Shown here: piece after piece, positions 1 to 12,420 of the stretch | Layout of the letters: every line of letters begins with the position of its first letter | Numbering within the stretch: position 1 is the first letter of the stretch | Assembly (NCBI GenBank): GCA_030390025.1 | Contig: CM059425.1 | Location: 171,866,001-171,930,000 of the forward strand | DNA: 64,000 nt | Direction: 5' to 3' | From: Squalus acanthias | Lineage: Eukaryota | Notes under the pieces: generated by a model | What the model saw: the letters and a program-made list of their open reading frames with translations, nothing else | What the model was told of the DNA's origin: nothing | Database searches by the model: none | Translations under genes and position numbers: made by a program

Positions 1-95
1 TTACGCATCCATCTAGGCATCCACGAGGGACCTGTGCAGGATTAATGAAGGGGCAGTGAGGACCTGCATCCAGCAGGTAATGACACCCTGTACCA

Positions 96-413
96 TTGGG
101 CTGGGGAGTTCGCCAGATTTGGAATGTCTGCGGTGGAGCAAAGGCAGAGGGCATTGCTGGCTTCAGTTGCTTGGAGAGCTTTGGGGTTGCCCTCCAATGC
201 TCCCCAGAGAAGGTAGTGAGCAGAGTCGTTGCCTTCTGCACCCTGCACAACTACACCACGACGCAAGGTCTGGATCTTGACATACTCAGGAGAAACCAAT
301 CAAAGCAGAAGATCCTGGGCTGTGGGTTGTGGCACATCCACAGGAGACATCGCTTTGAGAGGCTTTTACCCAATGAGCACACCCCACCGAACTCGCAACC
401 AGAAGAAAAGTAA
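96..413 (+). pseudogene. Harbinger (HARBI1-like DDE) transposase C-terminal remnant
   Basis: GFSCLESFGVALQCSPEKVVSRVVAFCTLHNY matches the family motif RFRCLDxSGGALQYSPxxVxxIVxxCCxLHN. Confidence 0.75.
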
Positions 414-1032
414 AACTCAGCTCTTCAACTTCAAAAACAATTTTTTTTTATTTATTACAAAAAATGTTTTATATGCTTAGTAAATTAAATGAAAATTGTT
501 ACAAATAAATACAAATGCTGCCTGAAAACCTTGAACTTTACTTATCCATTTCCATAAATTGTTACAGGAACTCAAAAAGATCTTAACTCGACCCAGAGAA
601 ACTTATTTTAATTACAAACTGTGTTTTATGGCAATGCTGAACTATCTTTAGAAATTTAAACAACTATTTACAAGAATAATCCTTGAATAAACATTAATCA
701 AAATTAAGAACCTTTGGAAACCAGAGTTAAACTAATGTAAACTTTAGCAATTGTTACAACTTTGGCAAACTTTGACAAATTTAAGTAAATATATAACCTC
801 TTCGCATCAAAAATGCTTTACTTCGCTGCAATAACACATCAAAAACTAGGCAGTCATCGAACAAGCGGGACATGATAGTGACGGTCATAATCTTCCAGCC
901 AGGAAGCTTTCCCACTTCCGGGCAAAGGAGGAGAAAGAGGAAGTAGGAGACACAGGAATTAAATTCCCCCTTCTCCATCAAGGCCCTCCACTTGACCCAG
1001 AGCCTCGATGAACCCATTGGCCAGCTGCTCCC

Positions 1033-2263
1033 CTATGCCTTCTCCCAGTAAACATGAATGGTGGGGCGTGGTGGAAAGCTGCCGGGCTGATTAGTCGTGG
1101 GCCATGCGAATGGCCGTGTGCTCCTGAACCAGGACTGCTGTTGTATGCATCCCAGGAGGGAGCTCCAGAGCTGCCTCCTGCTCTGTACAAGTGGCAACAT
1201 GGTTGCTGTTGAAAGGCCGCAGCCCAGGCTGGCGCTGGCAGCAGGCAATTGGACACCACCAGCTGCCCTTCCACTGCGGTCCTGATCTGCAGCACCAGTC
1301 AGCAGCCTAATGGCTGGCACGATGGCAGCTGTCAGATCTTGCCAGGCCTTAGTAAGAGACTGGAAGCCATGAGTCATTGCGTCCTCCAGTCGGTCACCCT
1401 AAGCCTCAAGAGCAGAAGTCCTCCTGTTCCATTGGTTCTCGCAGCTCTAACATGTTGGCGTTGAGCATTACAGCAGATTTGGAGGCCAAACCGGCAAGAA
1501 GCTGACAGATCCCAGTGTCCTCACACCCCTCTGATGCTCCATCAGCAGGCACCTTTTCAGGTCTGCAGCTGTCAAAACACAATCCACTGACTCATTCATC
1601 CGTGGCTGCCTTCTAGCCGCTCTCTCCAGAGAGGTGGTGGCATTCTCCACCTCCTCAGAGTTTCTGTGTTCCCTGAAACTGGCATCTGGCACTGGAGTGC
1701 TCACCTGGTGCTGGTACCCAGTTGAGGAGAGCCGGGTGTCTGGCTCTGCTTGGGGGTGGCCTGAAGGTGAGGAGAATAGTACAATTCCAGGAAAGAGCGG
1801 AGGTGTGCGGCTTTGGGACTCCCACCCCCACTATTTGCCCTTTCCAAGGCAATGCACGTATTCTTGGCCTACAAAGACAAAAAGAGAGAAATATTAGTCT
1901 TGCAGTCATTTGACTATGTGGAACAATTGAAGGTGTTACTGGTCTGCATCGTTCCAAGAGTTTTTGGTGCAAGATCATGATCAACTAATTCCACCTCAGA
2001 AACTTGAGTGTGGTGCCCACAGTGGACGAGGAAGAAAGGGAGAATGTGGCGGGTGTCATACCTTCCCTACTCTGGTCAGGTCACTGACTTTCCTGGATGT
2101 GGCACTCAGTGCCTCTGGCACCTCTGTCTGCGCCCGCCTCGTGTCTGCATGTGATGGCATGGTATGCGGGGGAGCTGAGGAGCCGGTCCTCCCATATCTT
2201 GTCCAAGAGGAACTGCAGGTCGTCGTCTGCAAAATTGAAAGCCTTCTTCCTAGCAGTCTTCTC
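1033..2263 (-). pseudogene. Harbinger Myb/SANT-like DNA-binding protein gene remnant (spliced)
   Basis: Donor aag|gtaagt at 2377. Acceptor cacag|GAG at 2263 gives EKTARKKAFNFADDDLQFLLDKIWE. Acceptor tttgtctttgtag|GCC at 1868 gives AKNTCIALERANSGGGSP (xERxxTGGG motif). Frames are broken. Confidence 0.65.
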
Positions 2264-2614
2264 CTGTGAATCAGTCATTTGTAAGAAGGGGAAGATTTGA
2301 GACAATGGACACTCTCTACAGAGCTATTTAGGTGAATTAATTAAAAATCTGTACAAGAGAGCTGTGTGCTACTTACCTTGCACGCCTCAGCCTCACTGAA
2401 GGAAATTCTTTTTCTCCCACTTCTACAGTCCTCCACCCCAACACCTTGAGGATCAATTGGATCTGTTCCGATCACGTTCAAACCACACTGGCCAATTACG
2501 CTGATTTACAACTATTCAACTTTCGGGCGTATGCTAGTGAGGTTGGCAGGAAATTTGAGCGTAACTTGACATTCGCAGAATGGGTGCGGGTATTGACAGA
2601 ATTTCAGGTCCAAC

Positions 2615-2682
2615 TTCCAGTGGGCTTGAACCCATGCCCTACTGACTCAGGGCAAACGTGCTTCCCCTGAGCCAAGCTGGCG
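2615..2682 (-). mobile_element. tRNA-derived SINE head fragment
   Basis: Reverse complement cagcttggctcagggg...ctgagtcag...gggttcaagcccact carries A- and B-box-like motifs, same family as the SINE head at 8396. Confidence 0.65.
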
Positions 2683-2899
2683 CTTACATATTTTTAATTA
2701 ATTTTTTGTTACCTTTGCACAACTCGAGGCTGGTTTCCCAACCCAGCTACTCCTCAGCCTCTTGTTTTTTATTATTTTCTTTGGGCATGATGACCTGCCC
2801 TGCAGCTTCACCTGGGGCCTTCCTGGTGTCTCAGACATTTTCCCCCCCAGGTCTTCCAGCCTGCCGATTTGAACAAAGTAGAGATGGGTGGCGGGACGG

Positions 2900-3055
2900 G
2901 GCGAGGGGAGGCACGGGGGAGTGAAGAGAGTTGAGAGGAAGAAATTGGGAAGGAGAGACGGAGACAGTTAAAGGAGACAGAAAGACTGGTGCGGAGGAAG
3001 AGAGCGAGATAGAGAGAGATTTTGGGGGCAGAGAAACAGGTATCAGGGGACTGAG
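2900..3055. repeat. GA-rich low-complexity tract
   Basis: Purine-rich (GA)n-like sequence. Confidence 0.7.
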
Positions 3056-4759
3056 AGCAAACCGTACCTTGGATTAACAGGCATTCACTTTATCTCAGCC
3101 TGTGAATCAGTTACTCAGTTGCTCACCACACTGATGTCAGACACAGTGGGGACTATTCAGCAATCAATCATACTGCCAGGCACATGGGAGTCAACTGGAG
3201 TGGACACACAAGGCATTCAGGCACATAGGAACCTAAAGGCAAGTCACACCACCAGGGGTTATGTGACAAGCCATGGCGTAGCACTGTAACACTTAGCATT
3301 GCATAGCCCATTTTTACTTAACAGCACATGGGGCATGGGCTGACTGGCAAGTAATTAATGAGAAATTGGAGCCTCAGTGACTTCCTCCCCCACCCATGAG
3401 GAAAGAAGAGAACAAAGAGAGAGCTAGAGAAGCAGAAGAGTAGACAGGGACAGAAAGGCAACACCAGAAAAACACACAGGTAAGAGGGACTATCGACCAA
3501 CTTACCACGAGCAATATCACAGGTTGATTCACTTGTACGAAAGGAAAAGAAGCTTGATAAAGTAGAAACAAGAAAATGTTATTCACTCTGTTGACTTAAT
3601 TCAGTCATTTAATTCTTTACTTTGCTCCCTCACAAGCAATAGTTATACTTGCTCCTTTCTCCTGCCTTGATGTGAATCCACCATCATCTTGCTGAACTAA
3701 TAGCTGCCCAACTTACTTGGAGTCTTGGCTAATCTTGAGTTATTTCCCTTCCAGAAATGAGCAGATCAACAAAGGGATCACAGTTATTTCCGCATTTGCT
3801 TCCAAAAATGTGCTGAAGGCAAGTGACAAAAACGCAAGCTTTTATAAGATTGGAGAAATCTGGAAGTGCAGTGATCACATTTGTTGTGAAGGTTCTTGAG
3901 GAACCTCTGTATACATGGCCATTCTGTACAATAATTTTTTTTGTGGCTTTTCAACATCACCTTGGGTTCAGATTCTCAATAAAAAGTTTACAACATTGTT
4001 GAACTGCAGAGCCACCCCCTACAGGGTATATTTCATTAATAAACTTTGCCGTTGATCATCAAGTGTCAAGTGCATGGGCCAAATGATCAGCATCGACTGG
4101 TACTTCACATACTTGTAATTAAACCTGCTGAAATATCTTAGGCTCCAGGCAATCTAGCTATTTCCTTAGACCATAATAAAATGAGAAGTAGTAAAGATAG
4201 TTAAAGATGCTGCTCAACTGCTAAAGACTGGCTCAAATGCACTGAGCATTCAACCATATAGCAGCCTCTAATGAAATTGCAGGCTGATAAAACCTGAACA
4301 CATCATCAAACCATTTCAGTCCAACTGTGACATTACCATTCTATCACTCTGACTGGTCTTTGGACATTCTATTGATTCATTGCCATTTTTGATTATATTA
4401 CCCAAAGTCCCAAAATAGAAAATGGGGGGAAAATACCAGAGATTTGGTGATCCTGTATATAATTAACGGATAAAGAAAGAGGTTCGAATTGCCTTCTCTC
4501 CCCAGAGACGAGTGTGCTGAAGGTCTTGGTCTCAGCCATTAAAAAAGTGCTGTATAAATGCACAATGTTGTTGTTCAGAGGCACTGACTAATGCCCATCT
4601 TCTATCCATATGATAAACACTAGGCAAGGTGGCTGAAAACATGAATTTTGCCCTTTTTGTTTGAAATACAGCAGTTCTAAATATATTCCCTTTAATTCTG
4701 TGAAAAACTAATATGTAATTTAAGTGGAATGTTGCAGCAGCAATAGGAAATTAGCTGAA

Positions 4760-5100
4760 AACAGAAAACAGTATTGGTTAATGGATATTTTTACGGAATG
4801 CAAAGATGACAACAGTGGCATTCCCAAGGGTCAGTGTTAAGGCAATTGTTCTCCTCAACAAAAAATGTTAAAATAGAGACCTGGACCAGGATGTACAAGG
4901 CAAAATACTGAACACCACAAAAATAGGCATTGGTTAATTGTGAAGAGGGCCGTAAGTGACTTCAGGAAGATGTAGGCAGGTTCGTAGATTGGGCAGCTGG
5001 CTGCTACATGAAATTTAATGCAGAGAAATACAAGGTGATGCATTTTCAGAACAACAATGAGGGGGAATATAATGGACACTTATATAGCAGAATTTAATAG
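4760..5100 (+). mobile_element. Old CR1 LINE RT fragment
   Basis: agtggcattcccaagggtcagtgtt (SGxPQGSV) followed by a degenerate WQMKFN-type region. Confidence 0.6.
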
Positions 5101-6289
5101 ATTCTGCATTATTTAACATTCGTGCACAAAGTAACAAGGCAGCATTGCCTTCCATCTCTAATTATGGCACTTGAAGGAAATATTTGGCAGATCTGGAGAT
5201 TGACGGTGACTGGCACAGAACATCATAGACATTAACTGTATATGGTATTCTTTTGATCTTAAAGATCCCAGGGATAGTGGCTGTAGGGATCCTTAAAGCT
5301 CCAATTTATTTGCATCCATTTCAGAGTATAAAGGTTAATTGGATGTAATCAAAAATGTTAACACTGAACAAATGTTGTACTCGATCTTCTGTCAGGTTTT
5401 CCATTCATTCAGAAGCCAATGGGAATTAATTATTTGGGAATTATAATCTCCCCAGAGTTAAAAAAAAAATCCCAAATGTAAATTAGGAGCAGATAGGATC
5501 AAAGGTAGATTTTGATTCCAAGAGATGGCATCTGGTACCCTCTAGCTTTGGGCTAGAATAAATATATAAAATATTTTAGGATTTAACTACCTGTTTGCAA
5601 TAATTTCCCAACCACATTCTCGAAATGGTTTGAAAAGAGTAAAGTAATATATTAGACAAATTACAGATTAGAAAATGCACAATTAACTTGATTGAGCTTC
5701 AGAAGTCAGAGGAAGGCCATAGAATTTTGTCTGTTTTACTCAAACGTTTATTATATCACTTTCCAATTCGGCAATATGAATACATGATCAAGATTAACTG
5801 CCTTCGTAGATGTTACTAGAAACATCAACAAAGCTTCCCCAATGTCAAACTTATGACTATAAGAATAAGGTTGGGGAAGCTAAGAAACAGGTCAGGAGAG
5901 TCAAAATAGACAAAAATCAGGAAACATAAAACATAATGTGAAAGGCTTTGAGACGAATATTGCAAATAGGAAGTCAGGTAAACAATGGGACCCCTAAGGG
6001 GGTCCAAATGGAACATTATATCCAGTGATCAAGGAATGGCATTATAAATTATTTGCACCTGCAATTTGCAGAAGAAACATTAGACAGCTGCCCTACTGTT
6101 GGCATAACATTTCTAGGGCAAGAGGATGAGGTTCCAAGAAAAATAGATGTAACTGATGAATGGGTGATGGACAGACTGACAACACTGAAGGAAGCCAAGA
6201 CCACAGGTCCAGGATACTTAAGAAAGTAGCTAATTAAACTGGTAATGTTGTAGAGGATATATTTAGGCAAGATCCCAAACTTGTAACAC

Positions 6290-6806
6290 AAAGGTTTCAG
6301 TGACTGTGGGTATGAGGGAAGTGTGAAGACGAGGGATATTGCAGAGGGGAAAATAGATAGTCTTGGTGATAAATGCGACATGCGGTTTGATGCTCTAGTC
6401 AGATACGTCAAGGTCCCAGCCTTCTCCGCCAGTTTCCATGGGATCAAATTTGGGACCGAGCCTGCATCTGCCCCAAACAAGGTCACCCATGTCAGAGTGG
6501 GTGCGGTCAGGTATTGGGACTCCCAGACCAGTTCCTCATCCCCGGTGTGTACGTTCAGTGAAAGGAGGCATATTGGCCACTGAAGAGGCACAAGTGGAAC
6601 CTACCTGTGCCCAGGCAAAGGTCCTGGCCTTGACTCCCAAAGAAATTCTGCCATTGATGTGGACAAATCACCCCATTTTGCTGAGCAATGGGAGGGTTCG
6701 GGGACCCGAAGAAAATTTTTCATGCTGCTGGTGCCGACACACACCAGAGCTGTTGCCCACCACGGCAATACTACCGCCAGACATCACCAGAAATAGTTCA
6801 GGCCCA
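6290..6806 (-). mobile_element. Possible Harbinger-type terminal remnant
   Basis: GC-richer block ending in TIR-like aaatagttcaggccc; weak similarity to the Myb exon end (YLTRASNR). Confidence 0.3.
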
Positions 6807-6999
6807 TCATACAGAGCTCTTACTGCTTTTGTTTTTCTGTCAATTTGCTCTATGTTTTATAATCATAACAGTGTTTCCTTAATTATTATACATCAAGCTC
6901 TACAAATTTGTTCTCAAAAGTTAGACCAACACATTTCAACAATTGCCCATAATTCATTTTTCTTTTTGCTGCCAATTTTCACCCCTCGTGAATGCGCTG

Positions 7000-7295
7000 G
7001 CTAATTACTGAGGTACAGTTCCAACGGCATTGATGGGTACCCTCCAGTACCTATCCCAAGTGTCTATCTTTCACATTAACAGAGACAGCAGGCTTTGAAT
7101 TGTGGAGGTTATCACAGCTGAGCCCAAGCCGGATCCTGATCTCGACCGATATGCACACTGCACTAGATAGCAAACAGGAGGGGGCATGTTGTCTGATCTT
7201 CCCCACTCCTGGCCCAAGAGTGCTGGTGCCAATTTCTGTTAAGACAGCACAGACCAGAAATCAAATCTGGGCCCTTCAGCTCTTTATGGCTAAGT
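7000..7295 (-). mobile_element. Degenerate SINE-like repeat (related to 55200-55545)
   Basis: Shares atcacagctgagccca and ccctccagtac/ccctctggtac blocks with the 55.2-kb copy. Confidence 0.5.
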
Positions 7296-7719
7296 AATAC
7301 TTTGGGGGACACATTATCTGGACAATAATTCAACAGAGAGCTGATCATGTTGTATGGGGGATTTCAATGCAGAGAGAATAATAGTTTTTAAAAAAAACTT
7401 CCATTGATTACAAAATGTGCTTGTTCTTGTTCTAAAATTAAGTATTAAGACTTAATGGAATAAACAATGTACTTCAGTTTCACAGATAATACCCTAATAA
7501 CCAATATGTCATCCAAGGAACTGTATTCTCCAATGGAGCACTTCTAATAATTTCAGGATCAAGAAAATGTTAGATTATTGACAAGCAAAAGGATTAATGT
7601 CAAGCTTGCACTGAATGGAAGGGGCAAGCACATTCAAAGTCTTTTACTAACCAACAAAATTGAAACACTGGGCATTGTTAATAAATGTATCTGCAATAAA
7701 GAGTGTACACCAAGCAATT

Positions 7720-10180
7720 ATTTTTGAGTCCAACAGTCTATCAAATACTGTTTCAATGGTATGATGTTGCTGAAATATTTCAAGGAAAAGATGTGGCCAA
7801 TATTTCTTTATTATCATTAGGTTTGGAGTAGTTATGGAAAAGCACAAGGAAAAATCAAATGTGAAAATACTCAACTGGAGGAGGGCTAATTTCAGTGAGC
7901 TGAAAAAGAATCTGGCCCAGTTAGATTGAAATCAAAGATTGTCAAGTAAAACAGTAAATGAGCAATGGGAGGCCTTCAAAAAGGAGTTAGTTCAGGTACA
8001 GACTTGACACATTCCCACGAGGGGGAAAGATAGGGCATGCAAAGCTTGAGCTCCCTAGATGACTAAAGGTACAGAGGTTAAAATGAAACAGAAAAAGGAG
8101 GCTTATGATAAATGTCAGGCTCATAATTCAGTAGAGAATCAAGCTGAATCCAAAAAGTACAGAGAAGAACTGAAAAAGGAAATAAGAGGGGCAAAGAGAG
8201 AGTAAGAGAACCTATAAACAGTAAAAAAAAGTCAAAGGAAGGGTGGGGACCGATTAGGAACCAAAAAGGAGATCTTGTGAAGACAGAGGGCATGGCTAAG
8301 GTACTAATTGAGTATTTTGCATCTGTCTTCCCTGAAGAAGAGGATGCTGCCAACGTCACAGTAAAGGAGGAGGTAGTAGAGAAATTCAATCAGATGTCAG
8401 CCGTGGCTCAGTGGTAGCACTCTCACCTCTGAGTCAGAAGATTGTGGGTTCAAGTCCCACTCCAGAGACTTGACAAAAATCTAGGCTGACACTCCAGTGC
8501 AGTACTGAGAGAGTGCTGCACTATCAGAGGTGCTGTCTTTCGGACGCTGCCAATGTAGCAGTAAAGGAGGAGACAGTAGCGATAATTGGAGAGGATAAAA
8601 ATAGATAAAGAGCATGTACTTAAAAGGCTGGTGGTCCTCAAAGTAGAAAGGTCACCTGGCCCAGATAGGATGCATCCTAGATTACTGAGGGAAGTAAGGG
8701 TGAAAATTGTGGAGGCTCTGGCCACAATCTTCCAATCCTCCTTGGATATGGGGGTGTTGCCAGAGAACTGGAGGATTGCAAATGTTACATCCCAGTTTAA
8801 AAAAGGGAAGAGTGATCAACCCGGCAACTACAGGCCAGTCATCCTAACGTTCGTGGTGGGGAAACTTTTAAAAACAATAATCCGCAACAAAATTAATTGG
8901 CACTTGGAAAAATATGCATTAATAAATGAAAGCCTGCATGGATTTGTTAAATGCAAATTGCATTTGATTAACCTGATTGAGTTCTTTGATACAGTAATGG
9001 CGAGGGTTGATGAGGGCAGAGGGGCTGATGTGTATACGGACTTTCAAAAGACGTTTAAAGTACCATAGAACAGACTTGTTAGCAAAATTAAAGCCCATGG
9101 GATTAAAGAGACAGTGGCAGCATAGATATACAATGGCTACGGGACAGAAAGCAGAGAATAGTGGTGAATGGTTGTTTTTCAGACTGGACGGAAGTATACA
9201 GTGGTGTCCCCTGGGGTCAGTGTTGGGACCACTTCTCTTGTTGATATATATTATTGACCTGGACTTGGTTATACAGGGCATAATTGCAAAGATTGCAGAT
9301 GACATGAAATTCTGAAAAGTAAAAAAAGTGGAGGAGGACAGTAACAGACTTCAGAAGGACATATACAGACTGGTGAAATGGGCAGACACATGGCAGATGA
9401 AATTTAGCACAGGGAAGTGTGAAGTGATATATTTTGGTAGGAAGAATGAGGAGAGGCAATATGAACTAAACGGTAGGATTTTAAAGGGTGTGCAGGAACA
9501 GAGAGACCTGGAGGTAGGTGTATGTACACAAATCTTTGAAGGTAGCAGGACAAGTTGAGAAGGTTGTTAAAAAAAAATATGGGCTTCTTGGTTTTATAAA
9601 TAGAAGCATAGAGTACAAAAGCAAGGAAGTTAAGCTAAACCTTTATAAAGCATTGGTTAGGTCTCAGCTGGAGTACTGCATCCAATTGTGGGCACCAGAC
9701 TTTAGGAAGGATGTCAAGACCTTGGAGCGGATGCAGAAGTGATTTACGAGAATGGTCCCAAGGATCAGGGTTTTCAGTTACATCGAGAGACTGGAGAACT
9801 GGGGTTCTTCTCCTGAGAGCAGAGAAGGTTAAGGGGAAATTTTATAGAGGTGTTCAAAATCATGAAGTGTTTGGATAGGGTAAATAAGGAGAAACTGTTT
9901 CCAGTGGCAGAAGGGTCGGTAACCAGATTTAAAGTAATTGGCAAAAGAACATGAGGGAAAAAAACTTTATACAGCAAGTTGTTGTGATCTGGAAAGCACT
10001 GCCTGGGGGTGATAGAAACAGATTAATTGGTCACTTTCAAAGGGAAATTGGATAAATACATGAAGGGCAAAAAGTTGCAGGGCTATAGGAAAGAGCAGGG
10101 GAGTGGGACTAGTAGGATAGCTCTTTCAAAGAGCCGGCCCAGGTACGATGGGCTGTGCTGCACCATGCTATGATCTTTGA
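7720..10180 (+). mobile_element. CR1 LINE, 5'-truncated and degenerate (ORF2 RT to 3' tail), interrupted by a SINE head
   Basis: ORFs 8586-9742 contain SPGPDRMHPRLLREV, WRIANVT, NYRPV, GSVLGPLL, KIADD, WQMKFS and LEYCIQLWAP; 3' tail near 10100-10180. Confidence 0.92.
8396..8545 (+). mobile_element. 5' half of Deu-domain tRNA SINE (SacSINE1-like)
   Basis: gtggctcagtggtagcac (A box) and gggttcaagtccc (B box); breaks off at gtctttcgga. Confidence 0.85.
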
Positions 10181-11599
10181 CATTCCTCTTTGAGGAATGC
10201 TGTATAAATTCTCTCAAACATTGCCCTCTACAGTGACTAATACTCTATTCATTGCACTTGGGCCTCGTCAACCAGAGCAAGTACATGACATCCTCAGATG
10301 TATAATGATTTTTTAATATTTTATACACGCAAGAGGAGTAGCTAAGAAGAATATTTAAAGTATAAAAAGTAATTTATTTTGGGGAAAAAGACTGTTAGCT
10401 TTGCAGTTATAAACTAGAGTGTTATAAATATGACAGCAGAATATACTAGCTAGATTCAATTGCAGAAGTAAGCAATTAACATGAGAGTTTTCAGTGGTGA
10501 TGATGAATGCATGGATAGCAAAAACAAAATCTAGAGAAAACACTTAATAGAACAGGCTACCAAAGTAATGAGCGTGCAGAAATATTGATTTTTTTAAAAA
10601 AATTCTCTCATCATGTGTATAGATTAAGCAGATATAAACTTAAGCTGCAAGGGTGGAAATAAGTACTTTGAATGAAAGGTCATGCCCCTCCCGTGCACCA
10701 TCTTCCCACCCACCCCCCAAAAAAAAACTGTTGTAAAAAATGCAACTCACCCTTGTAAAAGAGAATTTAAATTGAAGGTAATTTCCTCTCTTCAACATAA
10801 ACCTGCCAGTTCAGGTCACCAGGAGAGCCACTAAACTGACTTGAAGTGCAGGCCAAGTTAGCAACCGTATCCACAAAGAGTAAGACAGATTGGCTTCAAG
10901 ATGGAAACAGCTGGATACACACCAGGAAGATGATCTGCACTTCCCTATGGAATCATTCTGATAAAGCCCTTAGCTGACTCCAGCTGAGCAGCTACCTGCA
11001 GATTGTGGAACTCTGAAACAAGAGTCTATACAGAAGACAGGAAATAGCATTAAACCTGTTATCTCACACAAAGTGTGAGTTTCCTTTCTGGGATTTGTTT
11101 CTCTCGATGGGGAGAGGGATAAAACCGTGGCACTTTCAGGCTTACATTTTCCTTTAAAAAAAACATTTCCGTCAAACTGTTCATGGAAACGATAATATTT
11201 ATCACATTTTCATACAATAACCAGAAGGAAATTAAAATAGCAAAAATAAGTTGGAAATATACATTTTACAATTTCTGCAAATTGAAGAGTTTTATTTACT
11301 TGAGCATGAAAACACTGGACATCAATTATCAACACCTTGCAAGGTATCTAGTTATTGAGCTTGAATATTTGGTTCAACTTTTCCTTGCACAGATTCATAA
11401 CCCAACAATGTATATATAGCTGCTTCCTATTTGCAAAGATATCACAGCAATGTGTCACAAGACTTCCCACAGAAAAAGACAAGACATTATGGAACAGCTT
11501 ATTACATCTCATATTTGAAAACATCTCGTATAGTTACTGCGAAGTGCAGCAACTGTTGTGTAAGCATATGCTCCAGCCATGTGTGCACAGCAAGATTTA

Positions 11600-11870
11600 A
11601 AAGTCAGCACTGAGATGAATGACCACTTCATTTACCTTTTAGTGGTACTGGTGAGGGAGGATTGTTGGTCAAAGCAATTGGAGAACTCCCTGCTCTTCTT
11701 CAAATAGTATTCATCCAAACCAGACAGGTACTCAAGGCCTCTGTTTAATATCTCTTTCACGGCACTCTCTCAGTACCTCGATCATGAACTCAAACTGTTG
11801 ATGTGGAATACAAAACTAAGACCTTCTCACTTGCAGGCAAAAGTGGTACCAACTGGGTAAGCTGACATGT
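11600..11870 (-). mobile_element. Degenerate Deu-domain SINE
   Basis: gagaactccctgctcttcttcaaatagt is the reverse complement of the Deu core. Confidence 0.6.
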
Positions 11871-12420
11871 AACATAAAAGATATGGTGCAGAAAGTACAC
11901 CTGTATTCCAAATTAAGGCTTGCAATAAAGACCACTGGCTCATCTTGAAGTACATTTATGCTTTAATGGCTGTGATCCAAATCATTTAACTGTTATGCTA
12001 ATTTGCTGCTCATTATTACTATGATTACATTCAAGAGAAAAAACCCACAGTGGTTTTCAATGGCTGTGTACAAAAGAATATAGTCATGCACAAAGCAGTT
12101 CCAGTGGTCCTGTAAACAACTTGGCTTTATCACCAAATTAAAAATATCAACCCATTGTATTTCTCACACATTAAAATTATAATTGAAATATATAATACTA
12201 GCTGCTAGAACATCACAAGCCATGATGAGCAAACAAGCCAAAATAGGCAGCTTTCAAAAGCATTTCTCTCTTCCCACCCCCGCACCACCAATTTCCTAAC
12301 TTATCTTTCAGCAGCCTTCTGCCAATAGTATTCTCACCAACTGCTGGGATCACATTATTTTTGTTGCATTTCTTATTCCAATCAAGTTGTTCAGAACTTA
12401 AACATCTTGTAAATGATAAT

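Larger units (their letters stand above)
1..2611. mobile_element. Degenerate PIF/Harbinger DNA transposon (right part)
   Basis: Transposase C-terminus on + convergent with a spliced Myb/SANT-like gene on -. Ends in TIR-like gaatttcaggtcc (2611), similar to the MITE termini elsewhere in the window. Confidence 0.75.

Noticed and set aside
6049..7004. Long overlapping ORFs (180 and 188 aa) as a nested gene
   Set aside because: They run across decayed CR1 and transposon-like sequence, with no recognisable domain or exon structure.
8396..8470. tRNA gene
   Set aside because: The A and B boxes belong to a SINE head that runs into SINE body sequence; no cloverleaf.
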